Source of the DNA: a bacterium
Lineage (GTDB): Bacteria; Patescibacteriota; Minisyncoccia; Phycocordibacterales; UBA918
Assembly: GCA_043719295.1 (NCBI GenBank)
Contig: JAYSUD010000007.1
Span: forward strand, 891-64,890
Direction: 5' to 3'
DNA: 64,000 bases
The first letter of the stretch is position 1, and each line of letters starts with the position of its first letter. This document shows, piece by piece, positions 49,141 to 59,472 of the stretch. The notes below the pieces were generated by a model, which was not told the DNA's origin, made no database searches, and was given only the letters and a program-made list of their open reading frames with translations. The translations under genes and the position numbers were made by a program.

Positions 49141-49980
49141 TTATAAATTAAATGATTGTGGAATTCCTACAAAACAACCAAGTACATAGTTTCTATCTTT
49201 TCCAATTGTGTACCGATATCCTTCAGGATGTACGTAGCCACCACATGCGTCAACAGCGCCTTCGAACAAGCCATATACCGGAAAGCCATCACGTGCATAT
49301 CCGATAAGTACATTAGAATTTGTATTTTTATAAAAGGAAGCATCACTGTTTGATAATAAAGCACCCAATGAGGTAACCCCTATGATGGTACTTGGTACAC
49401 ATGTGGGATTACTTTGTACACGAGGGTACATTTCTATTTGTAACAACGTAGTGACAACCTGTTCCTTCTTTACTTGTACTGAACTTGATACTGTTGATGT
49501 TGCGAAAAGTATGGGTGCTTCTTTTTCTTCAGTATGTACAATAAGTCGCATGCCAGCTTTTATTTCAATACGCACATCTGAACGAGGCCATTGTGACATC
49601 ACTTCAAATGAATCATCAGAAGAACCACAAGAAACTATCCCCGCATTCCCTTCTACTGAAGTCGCAACATCTTGATCTCCATTGGTTTCTGTCGACGTTG
49701 CGACTACCGCTGTCTCTACGCTCGGGTTAACTTGTATTACTTCAGTGTTTTGTGCAAGAGCCTTTTTAAGACGCTCTATTGTTGAAGCCCGCTTATCTGT
49801 ATCTGTTTTTAATTGCGCTATTGCAGTAAAAGAAGTACTCGCGTTTGTATCGACCAAAAATGCAACAGGAGTACCTGCAAACAATGGTGCATAGACTGCT
49901 TTGAGGTGTGTAAGCGTAATCCCAAAAACCAAAAACAATACTACCCCAACAAATATAACCAAATCTCTACTTCGAATCAT
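49141..49980 (-). CDS. Membrane-anchored protein with YHYH-like C-terminus
   Basis: IGYARDGFPVYG...DACGG...GYRY. Confidence 0.6.
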   Translation of the reverse strand: MIRSRDLVIFVGVVLFLVFGITLTHLKAVYAPLFAGTPVAFLVDTNASTSFTAIAQLKTDTDKRASTIERLKKALAQNTEVIQVNPSVETAVVATSTETNGDQDVATSVEGNAGIVSCGSSDDSFEVMSQWPRSDVRIEIKAGMRLIVHTEEKEAPILFATSTVSSSVQVKKEQVVTTLLQIEMYPRVQSNPTCVPSTIIGVTSLGALLSNSDASFYKNTNSNVLIGYARDGFPVYGLFEGAVDACGGYVHPEGYRYTIGKDRNYVLGCFVGIPQSFNL

Positions 49981-50035
49981 TCACCCATAGTAGCAAAAAA
50001 GAAGCTTCAGAGCTTCTTTTTTTCTTGGTATAACT

Positions 50036-50182
50036 TAGTACTTACGCAAACGGCACATTTCGCCTCACTATCTCTTACAGAGACTGTCCACTCATTGGCT
50101 TTTATTCCACTTCGTTTCATAAAACCTCAATGAGTCTTGCGAAGTGATGTAAATCACTTCTCACTCGTTTGCGTAAGTACTA
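50036..50182 (-). repeat. Structured palindromic element E8 (module type, minus orientation)
   Basis: Perfect 17-bp inverted repeat TAGTACTTACGCAAACG / CGTTTGCGTAAGTACTA. Confidence 0.9.
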
Positions 50183-50185
50183 TGA

Positions 50186-51454
50186 CTATGCAATTTTAAT
50201 CTTAACGAGTTGCTCCACGCGCCGTATATCAGCAAGTAATTTTGAACGATCTGCATTATATAAATAAAGCAAAAATACTGCTCTCCCCCCTTTCCGTGCA
50301 AAAGTTGCTCTGTCACCAATTTTTTTATTGACTTTTATTTCGTAAAAAGATTCTAACTGCTCAATTTTCTTAATTCCTTTCATCTCAGTAATAACTCCTT
50401 CTTTTGGCAGGAACCATTTCATGTACACACTATTTCCAGTACATTTCTTTGGAATAATTGGTTTTCTTGGGATTCGTATGAGAATATCGTTTAAATAATG
50501 TTCGATACCGCAACTGAGGTTATAGATAGTATCTCGCGCACCTCCCGTTCGTGGACCCACTTCAATTACTTTCCACTCAGTATCAATTTTCATAAGTTCC
50601 GTATGGGCAGTGGTACTTCGTAATGCCAGTGCATGAATTGCAGTTTCAGTGACAGACTGTGCTTTTTTAACCGTATCACCTTTCAAGATTGTTGGTGTCA
50701 TCTGCGTATATCCATAAAAATCATGATGTCCAATATCTTTTCCAGTTTTTACTCGTACTAACGGCAAGTGATACACGGTGCCACGTGAATTTACATAACT
50801 ATCAATTGAGTACATGTCTCCTTCCATATACTCTTCTGCAATCACTTTCGGCTCTTCCATTCGCTTATCCTTTTCATACGCTGTTTTAAGTTTTCTAAAA
50901 CAAGTTGAGACAGCTTGCTTGAGATCATCTTCGTGGTAACAGATGCTTACAAATAAACTACCTGACATACTCGCAGGTTTTACAATCATTGGAAATCCAA
51001 TTTTTGTGACTACTCTTAGACGCTCAGCAGCAGTTGCATCTTTCACTTTAGTGAATTTCGGAGTTATCTTCGGATCATACAACTTGAAACGTTTTCGCAT
51101 CTCATACTTATCGGTCGCCCAACGTAACGACTCACTTGTTGGAGTTCGAAGATACGGCACACAGGGTACAATTCTTGCAAATCGAGCAATATGCTCTTCA
51201 CTACGGCAAGATATCGCTAAAAGCTCATCCTCAAAAGGTAAGAGTGCTTCACTTATTTTTTCAGGTTTTGAAAAATCTACTTTGATTAAAATATCATGCT
51301 GAGGCACCTTATAGACAACAGGATATTTTATATCCTGAATGAGCATGATGCGAAATGGTGTCCCGTGTTTTTTACCATACGCGCGAATATCACCAACAGA
51401 ATTGGGTTTTAAACCACCAACAAAAGCAATGATATTTTTATGTTTTTTGCTCAT
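50186..51454 (-). CDS. ATP-grasp ligase (L-amino acid ligase-like)
   Basis: DKYEMR, GFPMIVKP..MSGS, EEYMEG, HTEL, IEVGPRTGG. Confidence 0.85.
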   Translation of the reverse strand: MSKKHKNIIAFVGGLKPNSVGDIRAYGKKHGTPFRIMLIQDIKYPVVYKVPQHDILIKVDFSKPEKISEALLPFEDELLAISCRSEEHIARFARIVPCVPYLRTPTSESLRWATDKYEMRKRFKLYDPKITPKFTKVKDATAAERLRVVTKIGFPMIVKPASMSGSLFVSICYHEDDLKQAVSTCFRKLKTAYEKDKRMEEPKVIAEEYMEGDMYSIDSYVNSRGTVYHLPLVRVKTGKDIGHHDFYGYTQMTPTILKGDTVKKAQSVTETAIHALALRSTTAHTELMKIDTEWKVIEVGPRTGGARDTIYNLSCGIEHYLNDILIRIPRKPIIPKKCTGNSVYMKWFLPKEGVITEMKGIKKIEQLESFYEIKVNKKIGDRATFARKGGRAVFLLYLYNADRSKLLADIRRVEQLVKIKIA

Positions 51455-51634
51455 ATCTAATTATAAAATAAGGTGCACTTCGGTCTGTATACCAGAAATA
51501 CTGAGGAATGTAGAATTTGTGCACTGAAAGCATACTACATAACCTAAAATTTGCACTAGCTCAATATAGACCATTCAAGCAAAGATATCTAACGCTACTG
51601 AGTTTTTTATAGAAAAGTGTGTTATAAAGCTCCC

Positions 51635-52588
51635 ATGTCTGATGCACACAAACTAAGTATTGAAGTCTTAAAAGAAATTGCAGAGTCGCTTTCATATACG
51701 ACAAAATATCTTCAAAGCAAAGGAACTGCAGAGCGTCTTTTGATCTCTAACGGTAAAAAGATGTATATTGCAAACAGTACACATTTTGGATTTTACCCAG
51801 AAGTTCAAAGGTGGCAGCAACATCTTTTTGACAGCAAAATCTTAACCCAAGAGCTTTTAACCATGCTCGGGTATACAACTATAGTATCTTTCACTGCATA
51901 CTTTAAAGAGTACAACTCCTTGCGTGAACTTAATAGTGCGGTTGTAAACCATATTGAAAAATATCCTGTTATTGTAAAACCTGAACAAGGTGCACGAGGA
52001 AACAACATTACCATTGCAGTAAACAAAACCGCTGTCTTAGAGCAAGTTAAAGCACTCTACGCAATGAAGAAAAGCCTCCTCATACAACCAATTCATGCAT
52101 ATGATGAGTATCGTATTTTAGTTATTAATGGAAACATCGAAGTCATCCACATGAAACAATTAAACCATGTGGTTGGCGATGGAGTACAAACCATTCAAAA
52201 GCTTCTTCATAAAAAACAAAAAGGTGAAAAGGATGACACCTTTATAAAACTTGAATTAAAAAAAAGAGGGCTAAGCCTCCAGTCAATTCTTTCTAAGGAT
52301 GACACATTTTTAAGTCACCTCACTCGCTTCAGTTCTCCAAATGAATACTATCAGTCAAAAAAATTCCCTAAAGATGTGGTCACTTGGGCAAAAAAACTTT
52401 CGCTCGACATATCAGTCCCTACTATAGGAATCGACATCTTTGCCCCGTATGGACTAAGCGATACAAATTCATACATAATCATTGAACTTAATGCCAATCC
52501 CGCTTTTGAATATATCAACAAGCGGTATAATGACAGTCTTAAAGTAAAAGAAATTGCGACAAAATTCCTCACCCATTATTTTAAATAA
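51635..52588 (+). CDS. ATP-grasp protein (cyanophycin synthetase/GshAB ATP-grasp-like)
   Basis: YPVIVKPEQGARG, EYRILV, VVGDG..TI..L, GIDI, IELNANP. Confidence 0.8.
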   Translation: MSDAHKLSIEVLKEIAESLSYTTKYLQSKGTAERLLISNGKKMYIANSTHFGFYPEVQRWQQHLFDSKILTQELLTMLGYTTIVSFTAYFKEYNSLRELNSAVVNHIEKYPVIVKPEQGARGNNITIAVNKTAVLEQVKALYAMKKSLLIQPIHAYDEYRILVINGNIEVIHMKQLNHVVGDGVQTIQKLLHKKQKGEKDDTFIKLELKKRGLSLQSILSKDDTFLSHLTRFSSPNEYYQSKKFPKDVVTWAKKLSLDISVPTIGIDIFAPYGLSDTNSYIIIELNANPAFEYINKRYNDSLKVKEIATKFLTHYFK

Positions 52589-52594
52589 CTAGCT

Positions 52595-53461
52595 ATGAAA
52601 AAAATTATTTTACTTAACGGTGGCAGTAGAACGCGTCGGGCATTCAACGAAGGAGTTGGTGATGCAAAGTTTATACCGCTTCGAACCAAAGGAATGATAG
52701 TGCACATTAACAAAGATCAGGGCGTTGCCTTTATATACAAAAATGACAAAGTAGATTTTACAGATTCATTTGTGTTTACTCGGCTTCGTGCAAATGATGC
52801 TCATTTTTGCGGAATTTTATATGAACACCTAAAGGCACTTGGCGTTCCCGCATTAGATCCTATCAATCTTTCATTTAAATTGTCAGAAGAAAAGATATCG
52901 CAGATGCCACGCCTTGCACGTGCGCACATACAAATTCCAGCAACAATAATTGCACAAGAGGAGTCATACGAATCTAACAAAGAGTACATACAAAAGCACA
53001 TAACCTTTCCTTTGGTATACAAAACAGATGGTAGCCAAGGTAATGCGGTATTTAAAATTAACTCTGAGATAGAGCTTGAAGCAAAAATAAAAATTAAAAA
53101 GAAAAATGAGCTTTTTATACTTCAAGAACTAATACCAAACACATTTGATACACGCACTATTGTTGCATTTGGTACGGTACTTGGTTCTATAAAACGAAGT
53201 GCCCAAAACGGAAACTTTTTAAACAACGTCGCACAAGGTGGACTTGTTTCAGCTTACGAACTAACTGATACTGAGAAAGAAGTGGCACTTTTGGCATCAA
53301 AAATAAATGGTATTGATTTTGGAGGCGTTGATATCATCCATACAGAACGCGGCCCTATTGTACTTGAAGTAAATAAGGCACCTCAAATCACAGGCTTTGA
53401 AAAAATTCATGGAGAGAACTTTGTTTTTAGGACAATCGCTCAAATGCTAGAAAAGATGTAA
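52595..53461 (+). CDS. RimK-family ATP-grasp ligase
   Basis: FPLVYK..GSQG..V, LQELI, NNVAQGG, GVDII, LEVNKAP. Confidence 0.85.
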   Translation: MKKIILLNGGSRTRRAFNEGVGDAKFIPLRTKGMIVHINKDQGVAFIYKNDKVDFTDSFVFTRLRANDAHFCGILYEHLKALGVPALDPINLSFKLSEEKISQMPRLARAHIQIPATIIAQEESYESNKEYIQKHITFPLVYKTDGSQGNAVFKINSEIELEAKIKIKKKNELFILQELIPNTFDTRTIVAFGTVLGSIKRSAQNGNFLNNVAQGGLVSAYELTDTEKEVALLASKINGIDFGGVDIIHTERGPIVLEVNKAPQITGFEKIHGENFVFRTIAQMLEKM

Positions 53462-53506
53462 CGAAAAAACCGCCACAGGCAGTTTTTTCGTTATTATAAA
53501 TTAACT

Positions 53507-54190
53507 TTATAGTCCAGGGATTCCAAACTCAACATTGCTTGCAGGTGCTTCTGTCCCCACCTCTACTTCACCAACTCCTAGTGCCGATTCAATTTTTTCA
53601 ATAAACTCTGGTACAGTTTTGAACTCTAGACGTTCACCATTTAAAAAGAAAGTTGGTGTCCCAGTAAGTCCTTTTTCTCGGGCCTCATTAAATTGTGAAC
53701 TCACATGATCGGAAATGAGAGATGCCCGCATATGCTGTTTAAAGAGATCAATATCAAGACCAATTTCTTCTGCATACTTCACAAAGAAAGCTTGTGGATT
53801 GGGAGATTTTGACCATGTTGCTTGATTTTCAAACAACTTGTCATGCATTTCCCAAAACTTATCTTGCTGTCCTGCTGCTTCAGTTGCTTTTGCTGCAGGG
53901 ATTGCGAATTTGTGGATACTTGAGAGTGGGAATTGTTTAAACTCAAATGCCATTTGATCTTTATACTTTTCGTAGACTTCAGAAACAATTGGGTAAAACT
54001 CACCACATGCTGGACATTCAAAATCCGCATATTCAGTTAAGACAACCTTAGAATCTACATTACCTCGAATGTGATTCTCAATCACCACCCCTTCATTTGC
54101 TTTTTCGCCTGCGTAACTTGCATACCAATACGATACACCTATAAGCAACAAAGCTACTCCAATAATTATTTTCCACATGTGATTTTTCAT
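53507..54190 (-). CDS. DsbA-family thiol-disulfide oxidoreductase
   Basis: EYADFECPAC, FWEMHDKLF, GTPTFFLNG. Confidence 0.92.
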   Translation of the reverse strand: MKNHMWKIIIGVALLLIGVSYWYASYAGEKANEGVVIENHIRGNVDSKVVLTEYADFECPACGEFYPIVSEVYEKYKDQMAFEFKQFPLSSIHKFAIPAAKATEAAGQQDKFWEMHDKLFENQATWSKSPNPQAFFVKYAEEIGLDIDLFKQHMRASLISDHVSSQFNEAREKGLTGTPTFFLNGERLEFKTVPEFIEKIESALGVGEVEVGTEAPASNVEFGIPGL

Positions 54191-54263
54191 ATGACTATTC
54201 TACCTTCTTTTTTAACCGATTAACAACTTGACGTTGCACCTTAGTGATAGTGCGAGAATTTGA

Positions 54264-54382
54264 GACTTTCAGAAATGAGTACAATTCGAGGCGGGCTAAA
54301 GAAATTTTGCGAGCCCTACTTGCTGTAGGGTGAGAAAAAAATCTTGTAGCCCAACAAAGAAGTTGTGCCATTTATGGAAGTC
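54264..54382 (+). repeat. Structured palindromic element E9 (core type)
   Basis: GACTTTCAGAAATG / CATTTATGGAAGTC; TTCGAGGCGGGC...CCCTAC-TTGCT-GTAGGG...GCCCAAC. Confidence 0.9.
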
Positions 54383-54386
54383 GAAG

Positions 54387-54914
54387 CTATTGGACTATAA
54401 GTTTCCCAACCATCCCACTAGTACGATGACTACCGACTGAACAATAGTATTCATAGGTTCCTTTTTTATCTGCTACAAACGTTGCGGAAGTCTTCACTCC
54501 TGGCTGTACACGCTTTGTAGCAACGGCAAATTCATCGATAACAACGTCATGGAACCCATCAGTACTTTCAAAATTGATAGTTACTGTATCGCCTTCTTTG
54601 ACTACAATTTCTTCAACATCATATCCAAAGTTGACCCCCTTTACCGTGAACACTTGTGCAGTAGGGTCAAGAGTGACTGATGGTTGTTTTACTGCATCTT
54701 TTGGTACCACAATAGATTGCTCAGTGTTTTGATCTTCATTTTGCATCGCTTCAACATCTGAATTTTGCATCACCGTACCATCTGGCATCAGATGAGAATC
54801 TGAAGGTACAACTATAGGAGTCTCTGTTTGAGTCTTCGAATAATATTGCGCAAATGCGAAGTATCCTCCCCCTCCTATCAAAAGCAACGCCAGAATGATA
54901 TATAGGTATTTCAT
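54387..54914 (-). CDS. Cupredoxin domain protein
   Basis: VKEGDTVTI, H, YYCSVGSH...GM.G.L.V copper ligands. Confidence 0.9.
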   Translation of the reverse strand: MKYLYIILALLLIGGGGYFAFAQYYSKTQTETPIVVPSDSHLMPDGTVMQNSDVEAMQNEDQNTEQSIVVPKDAVKQPSVTLDPTAQVFTVKGVNFGYDVEEIVVKEGDTVTINFESTDGFHDVVIDEFAVATKRVQPGVKTSATFVADKKGTYEYYCSVGSHRTSGMVGKLIVQ

Positions 54915-54984
54915 ACTATGTAATCGATTAAATAATACCTACTATACCATAATCTAATAAACCTAAATTAATGTGATTTTGACC

Positions 54985-55135
54985 ATAGTCCTTTCACAAA
55001 CGAGTGAGAAGTGACTAGATGTCACTTCGCAAGAGGTTGCCTACTCTTTTGGAAAAAGAGTGACAACCTGTACAGTTCCAGTAGGGAACAAGAGAGTCTA
55101 CAACGAAGAAGTTGTGCCGTTTGTGGAAGGGCTAT
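54985..55135 (+). repeat. Structured palindromic element E10 (module type); contains the TAG stop of the cohesin gene
   Basis: ATAGTCCTTTCACAAACG / CGTTTGTGGAAGGGCTAT. Confidence 0.9.
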
Positions 55136-56604
55136 ACAATATCGCCAATCTCTTTAGCTATAACAGTCTCAGCCTCATCAATATTTTTACGAAGCCGTTT
55201 AAGAATCTTCGCCTCGGCTTGTGTAAGCTTTCTTTTTTTACTTGTTTTTTCAAGTGTTGCAATATCTTCCAATAAATCAGTACGTAAAAGTTCAAACGCT
55301 TTATGTGTCATAGCTTTCGCTTCAGCAACTTCTTTGGCAACATGTCGACGCAAGCCACCAAATGCTTTCCAAGTAGCGAAGAGTACCCCACAAAGAAGTA
55401 CCACAAGCGCCAAAAATGGTATGACAATTGAAAGTATCATAATAACAAAGTCACCTTTTTGTTTAATACCCCCATTTAAAGTTTCATCATTTTCTTCAAG
55501 TATCACCGACTTATCTATAACAGTAAATGATATTTTTGATTCTGTTGTATTACCTGCACCATCAAAAGCTGTAACAGTAAGGACATGAACTCCTTCTTCA
55601 ATCGCTGTAATTTTATATATATGACTTCCATCATCCACAAACGATACTGGTGTTTCTTCGTTTATTTGCACTGTATACGAAGCAATCTTTGAAAGTTCAT
55701 CTTCAGCTTCAAAGAGAAACGAAAGTGGCGCAACTTCCGTTACTGTAAAAGGTTGTGGTGCTACTGTGTCAACTTGTATTTTATAATGTATTACTTCACT
55801 CCATCCTTGTTGACCTAAAGACTGCACATGAAGGTACGAAGTTCCTTCAGGTAGGTCTTGTATTACTTTAGTTTCTATCGGAGGTTCATACAGTACCGCG
55901 GGTTTTGAACTAGGGTTATCATCAAGGAGCAATCGTAATGCTTTAGTATCACGAACAAACGTAAAGGTAAACATTCCTGTTGTAGTAGAAGACCACCCAT
56001 CTTGTGTATGCGTTGCTGATGTTATTGTCGGTGGAAGTGTTGCGGGACCAGAGGATAGAGATTCTTCTTGTTGCACGCTTTGTACAACAACTTCTGGAAG
56101 TAACGTAAATGAAGCAGTTCCTTTACTTGCAAGAATCTCTGTCCCTTCCCCATCATTTGCAAGTAACGAAGCTGAAGAAAATGAAAGTGAGGAAGCTCCT
56201 TGTGATTTTACCCTAAATGTCAGATTAAGAACCTTCCCTTGTGATCCCTTAAATCCTGGATTAAGAACAATGCCCTCAAAGTTCACTGTTCCTTTAGTAT
56301 TTGAAAATGAAGGTTCTTGAACCCACAAAGACATAATCGACTGGTTCTTTGAAATACTTATAACCTCGAGTTTGTCTTGAGGGTAGGACACAACACCAGA
56401 AACAGCGTTAATAGAAGATTCACCACTTCCTGTATACACACCAACAGTAAATGTTGAACCTTGAGCATAAGAACCTGTTGTTGGAGAAAATGTTAACGTT
56501 GCCGCTAGAGTAACTCCCACTTGAACGAAAAAAAGAAAAATTACAAATGTGAACGTACAGAAAAAGTTCGCCGATATATAAAATATGTTACAAGAAGAAC
56601 GCAC
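55132..56604 (-). CDS. Cohesin-like plus Ig-like domain membrane protein (start uncertain)
   Basis: G.TFTV.V...INAVSG...YP.DKL, SLWVQEP, LANDGEGT; C-terminal TM and coiled coil. Confidence 0.75.
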   Translation of the reverse strand: MRSSCNIFYISANFFCTFTFVIFLFFVQVGVTLAATLTFSPTTGSYAQGSTFTVGVYTGSGESSINAVSGVVSYPQDKLEVISISKNQSIMSLWVQEPSFSNTKGTVNFEGIVLNPGFKGSQGKVLNLTFRVKSQGASSLSFSSASLLANDGEGTEILASKGTASFTLLPEVVVQSVQQEESLSSGPATLPPTITSATHTQDGWSSTTTGMFTFTFVRDTKALRLLLDDNPSSKPAVLYEPPIETKVIQDLPEGTSYLHVQSLGQQGWSEVIHYKIQVDTVAPQPFTVTEVAPLSFLFEAEDELSKIASYTVQINEETPVSFVDDGSHIYKITAIEEGVHVLTVTAFDGAGNTTESKISFTVIDKSVILEENDETLNGGIKQKGDFVIMILSIVIPFLALVVLLCGVLFATWKAFGGLRRHVAKEVAEAKAMTHKAFELLRTDLLEDIATLEKTSKKRKLTQAEAKILKRLRKNIDEAETVIAKEIGDIV

Positions 56605-57419
56605 AGTACAACTATAATACCAATTGTTTTTTCATTTTGATACCACAGTATATCTTTTTGTGGATAGAAAATGACCACACGTTCATTTTGATTCATGTCT
56701 ATTGCCTTAATAAAGATTTTTTTATTTTGGTTTATATTTTTAATTTTGTATGGACTTTCAGCTTTATGGTACCTGCCAAACAAACCCTCTTTAATTTCAA
56801 AGTGTGAGAGCCCAGAGTTTTTATCTAATGTTGAAAAAACCAAAAACGCATCTCCATCGAACACATCAACGTCGTACTCAACTGACGGTACAAAGAGTTC
56901 TGGCACTTCGTCATCTAGATACACTTTCTTCAGGATTGTTGACTCTCCTTCTTCAACTACCACATGCAAGTTTTGAGAAACGACCACCGCCTCTGAGCCC
57001 AACCCATCGTGCACAAGTACTTGAGAATTTGAAATAGAAATAGTACCTTGTCCTTTTTTTAAGACAGAAAAAGTGAGGTTAACAATCGAGGCGTCTTCTT
57101 GTGTAAATCCCCCTGGAGTAATCCCTGCAAACGATACACTTCCATTGTTGACTCCTTTTGTGTCACGAAGCCAGACTGTCACTACCGAATCCCCTGCATC
57201 ACTTGAAACAAACTCAAGAAGGTCAGGAGGGTATGCAACTTCCAGTTCTACTGCATTAAGTACCTGCTTTTGTGTATCAATACGCACAGAAACTGTCAAA
57301 ACATCCCCAACATGAACACTACTAAAGTCACTCTCAATCTTAAGAAGTGCCCCATACACAGGCATTGTTGCCGCATACCATCCAAACACCACCATACTCC
57401 ATACTAAAAATAATTTCAT
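56541..57419 (-). CDS. Cohesin-like domain membrane protein
   Basis: VGD.LTVSV.ID...LNAVE...YP.DLL, GITPGGF, HDGLG; C-terminal TM. Confidence 0.75.
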   Translation of the reverse strand: MKLFLVWSMVVFGWYAATMPVYGALLKIESDFSSVHVGDVLTVSVRIDTQKQVLNAVELEVAYPPDLLEFVSSDAGDSVVTVWLRDTKGVNNGSVSFAGITPGGFTQEDASIVNLTFSVLKKGQGTISISNSQVLVHDGLGSEAVVVSQNLHVVVEEGESTILKKVYLDDEVPELFVPSVEYDVDVFDGDAFLVFSTLDKNSGLSHFEIKEGLFGRYHKAESPYKIKNINQNKKIFIKAIDMNQNERVVIFYPQKDILWYQNEKTIGIIVVLCVLLVTYFIYRRTFSVRSHL

Positions 57420-57421
57420 AT

Positions 57422-58471
57422 TTATCCAGTCCAATGGAAGGCCATAATACTAAAATCTACAAGATTTATTTTTCCATCGCCGTTAAGATGATTTGTCTCA
57501 CGAATTAAAAAGGATGGATTTAGGGGACGCTGATACCAAAATGCAACAATGGAAAAATCAACTAAGTTTACTCTACAATCTCCATTTAAGTCAGCCTTAG
57601 AAGAACACGTTGGTGGCGTGTTGTTGTATACGTTTTTTGTACCAACTTCAAAAGGATATACTGCACTTTGCGAAGAAATAACAGATTCCAAAGAAGCACG
57701 TGATTTAGCTGTATGTGACCCAAGTTCCAATACTGAAGAATCAAAGCTATGCAAATAGACACCATCTGTATCTGAAGTAGCCTTCACAAAATGCTGTAAC
57801 TCTGAATTTACTTCAATGGTGATTGCTGAAAAAGGAGTACTCTGTCCAAAAAGTACAATGGGCTCACCCTTTTTTACTTCAGTTTTATCACCGGTTAACG
57901 TTGGAGACACAAAAATACTTTCAATTTTTGTCACTACGTTTTTACTTACTGATATTGGAAATGTCAAAAGAGTCGATCGTACTCCTTTACTATCTTCACT
58001 GTAGATGGAAAAAATATACGTACCGGCACTTAAACCTTTTATCAAAACTTGAAACGTTGCATTTTCATCAGCAATAGTTGTTGCTACTACTTGTGCATCT
58101 TTTAAGATTGTAACTTCACTTTTAGGGTATGCGCGACCCTTAAGAACAACTTGTGCCCCCTTAGGAGTACTCCCGCCACTTCCCCCACCCCCACCTGAAG
58201 GTGGTGGCGTAAAAATGCAGGACGTTGTATCTAACAGACATGATGATGTACATGACAAGGTTCCTGAAGTAAATCCCTCTAAAGTACAAGAAGACCCCCC
58301 TAAGTCGGGTCCATCACACTCTTCCGGGCTTTCAATGATGTAATCTCCACATCCTTCAACAATTGCTTCTATAGCAACTGTAGAACTTCCAACTCCCTGA
58401 GCATTTGAATATTGAACTACTATAAAACTTACACAAAGTGATACAAGTATAATGACAGAAGGAGCTTTCAT
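57422..58471 (-). CDS. Secreted protein with Cys-rich repeat, Ig-like domains and C-terminal dockerin-like domain
   Basis: CGD..IE..EECDG; duplicated (D/H)LNGD..(V/I)NLVDFSI. Confidence 0.8.
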   Translation of the reverse strand: MKAPSVIILVSLCVSFIVVQYSNAQGVGSSTVAIEAIVEGCGDYIIESPEECDGPDLGGSSCTLEGFTSGTLSCTSSCLLDTTSCIFTPPPSGGGGGSGGSTPKGAQVVLKGRAYPKSEVTILKDAQVVATTIADENATFQVLIKGLSAGTYIFSIYSEDSKGVRSTLLTFPISVSKNVVTKIESIFVSPTLTGDKTEVKKGEPIVLFGQSTPFSAITIEVNSELQHFVKATSDTDGVYLHSFDSSVLELGSHTAKSRASLESVISSQSAVYPFEVGTKNVYNNTPPTCSSKADLNGDCRVNLVDFSIVAFWYQRPLNPSFLIRETNHLNGDGKINLVDFSIMAFHWTG

Positions 58472-58477
58472 TACACA

Positions 58478-59434
58478 TTATTTGTTTGATTTACTTTTTG
58501 AAATAATCCAAGAATTGTATTTCCGGAGACCAAGATAGAGACCCGCAAGAATCACTGCAGAAATTACTAATAACTGCCAAGGAATCAGTACAAAGCGATA
58601 TACGTCAGTAGCAACTTGATTTGTGGCACCATAGGTAACTTTTATGTGTGCACTATAGAGACCAAAGTGAAAATCTGAAAATTGTTCCTTTGCGGTTGCA
58701 AAAAAACTATCTGTTGAAGTAGCAACTACTGTTTGCCCCCACACTGATTCAAATTTGCGTGTGCTATTTGGCAACACACTCCCTTCGTTTACGTTTGCAG
58801 CAAATGTTGTAGCAACTCCTCCAAAAGTGTTTTTAATGGTTATGTCACCAAGTGGTACAACCCGGTCTCCTCCACTATTTGAAAAGCGATACGAAAAAGA
58901 AATAGGAAGTTCAGAAAATATGCGCCCACCATTATTTGCAGCGTACTCACTCAAGCCAGCACTTTCGACAATATCACCTGAGACTCGAAGGAGTATCAGG
59001 ATTCCTAGCTTTCCACCAATTGAAACTTCCCCAGCTTCTTGAGATGCTGGATCTTGTTCTCCTAAGAAAACAGCCGCGAAGTAACCTCCTGGTTCAGCGT
59101 CTTTGGGGATAGTAATTGTATAGGGTACTATTGTTTTCTGTCCTGGTTCTAGTGTCACTTGGTTTTGTGCTCGTAGCCAAGTAGCAAGCCCGTCTGTAGC
59201 GCCTATAAAACGAGGTGAGCCGGTATCTCCCGCAGGCTCGAAATTTTCAAATGAAGTAAAAAGTAGCTTTGGTATGTTCTGCTCATTAATAAGCTCAATT
59301 TCACCTCGAAGTGTCTGCCCTGCGTCTCCTGTAACCTCAACTTTAACTGGTGAAGCAGTAAGTGCAAATGCTTGGCTTGCAGAGAAAAAAAGCGTTATTG
59401 CCAATCCCAACATCACTAACCGAGTTAATTTCAT
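58478..59434 (-). CDS. DUF916-like exported protein with C-terminal TM
   Basis: VPYTITIPKDAEPGGYFA, F.N.G....P.G.I.I.N.FG, G.Y.A....YG, IPW. Confidence 0.65.
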   Translation of the reverse strand: MKLTRLVMLGLAITLFFSASQAFALTASPVKVEVTGDAGQTLRGEIELINEQNIPKLLFTSFENFEPAGDTGSPRFIGATDGLATWLRAQNQVTLEPGQKTIVPYTITIPKDAEPGGYFAAVFLGEQDPASQEAGEVSIGGKLGILILLRVSGDIVESAGLSEYAANNGGRIFSELPISFSYRFSNSGGDRVVPLGDITIKNTFGGVATTFAANVNEGSVLPNSTRKFESVWGQTVVATSTDSFFATAKEQFSDFHFGLYSAHIKVTYGATNQVATDVYRFVLIPWQLLVISAVILAGLYLGLRKYNSWIISKSKSNK

Positions 59435-59472
59435 TTGTGGCTATAATACTCCATATTTTTGCCTGTGCAACT

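Noticed and set aside
51472-51560. Repeated TGCACT words between the divergent ATP-grasp genes
   Set aside because: Short, irregularly spaced and compatible with chance.
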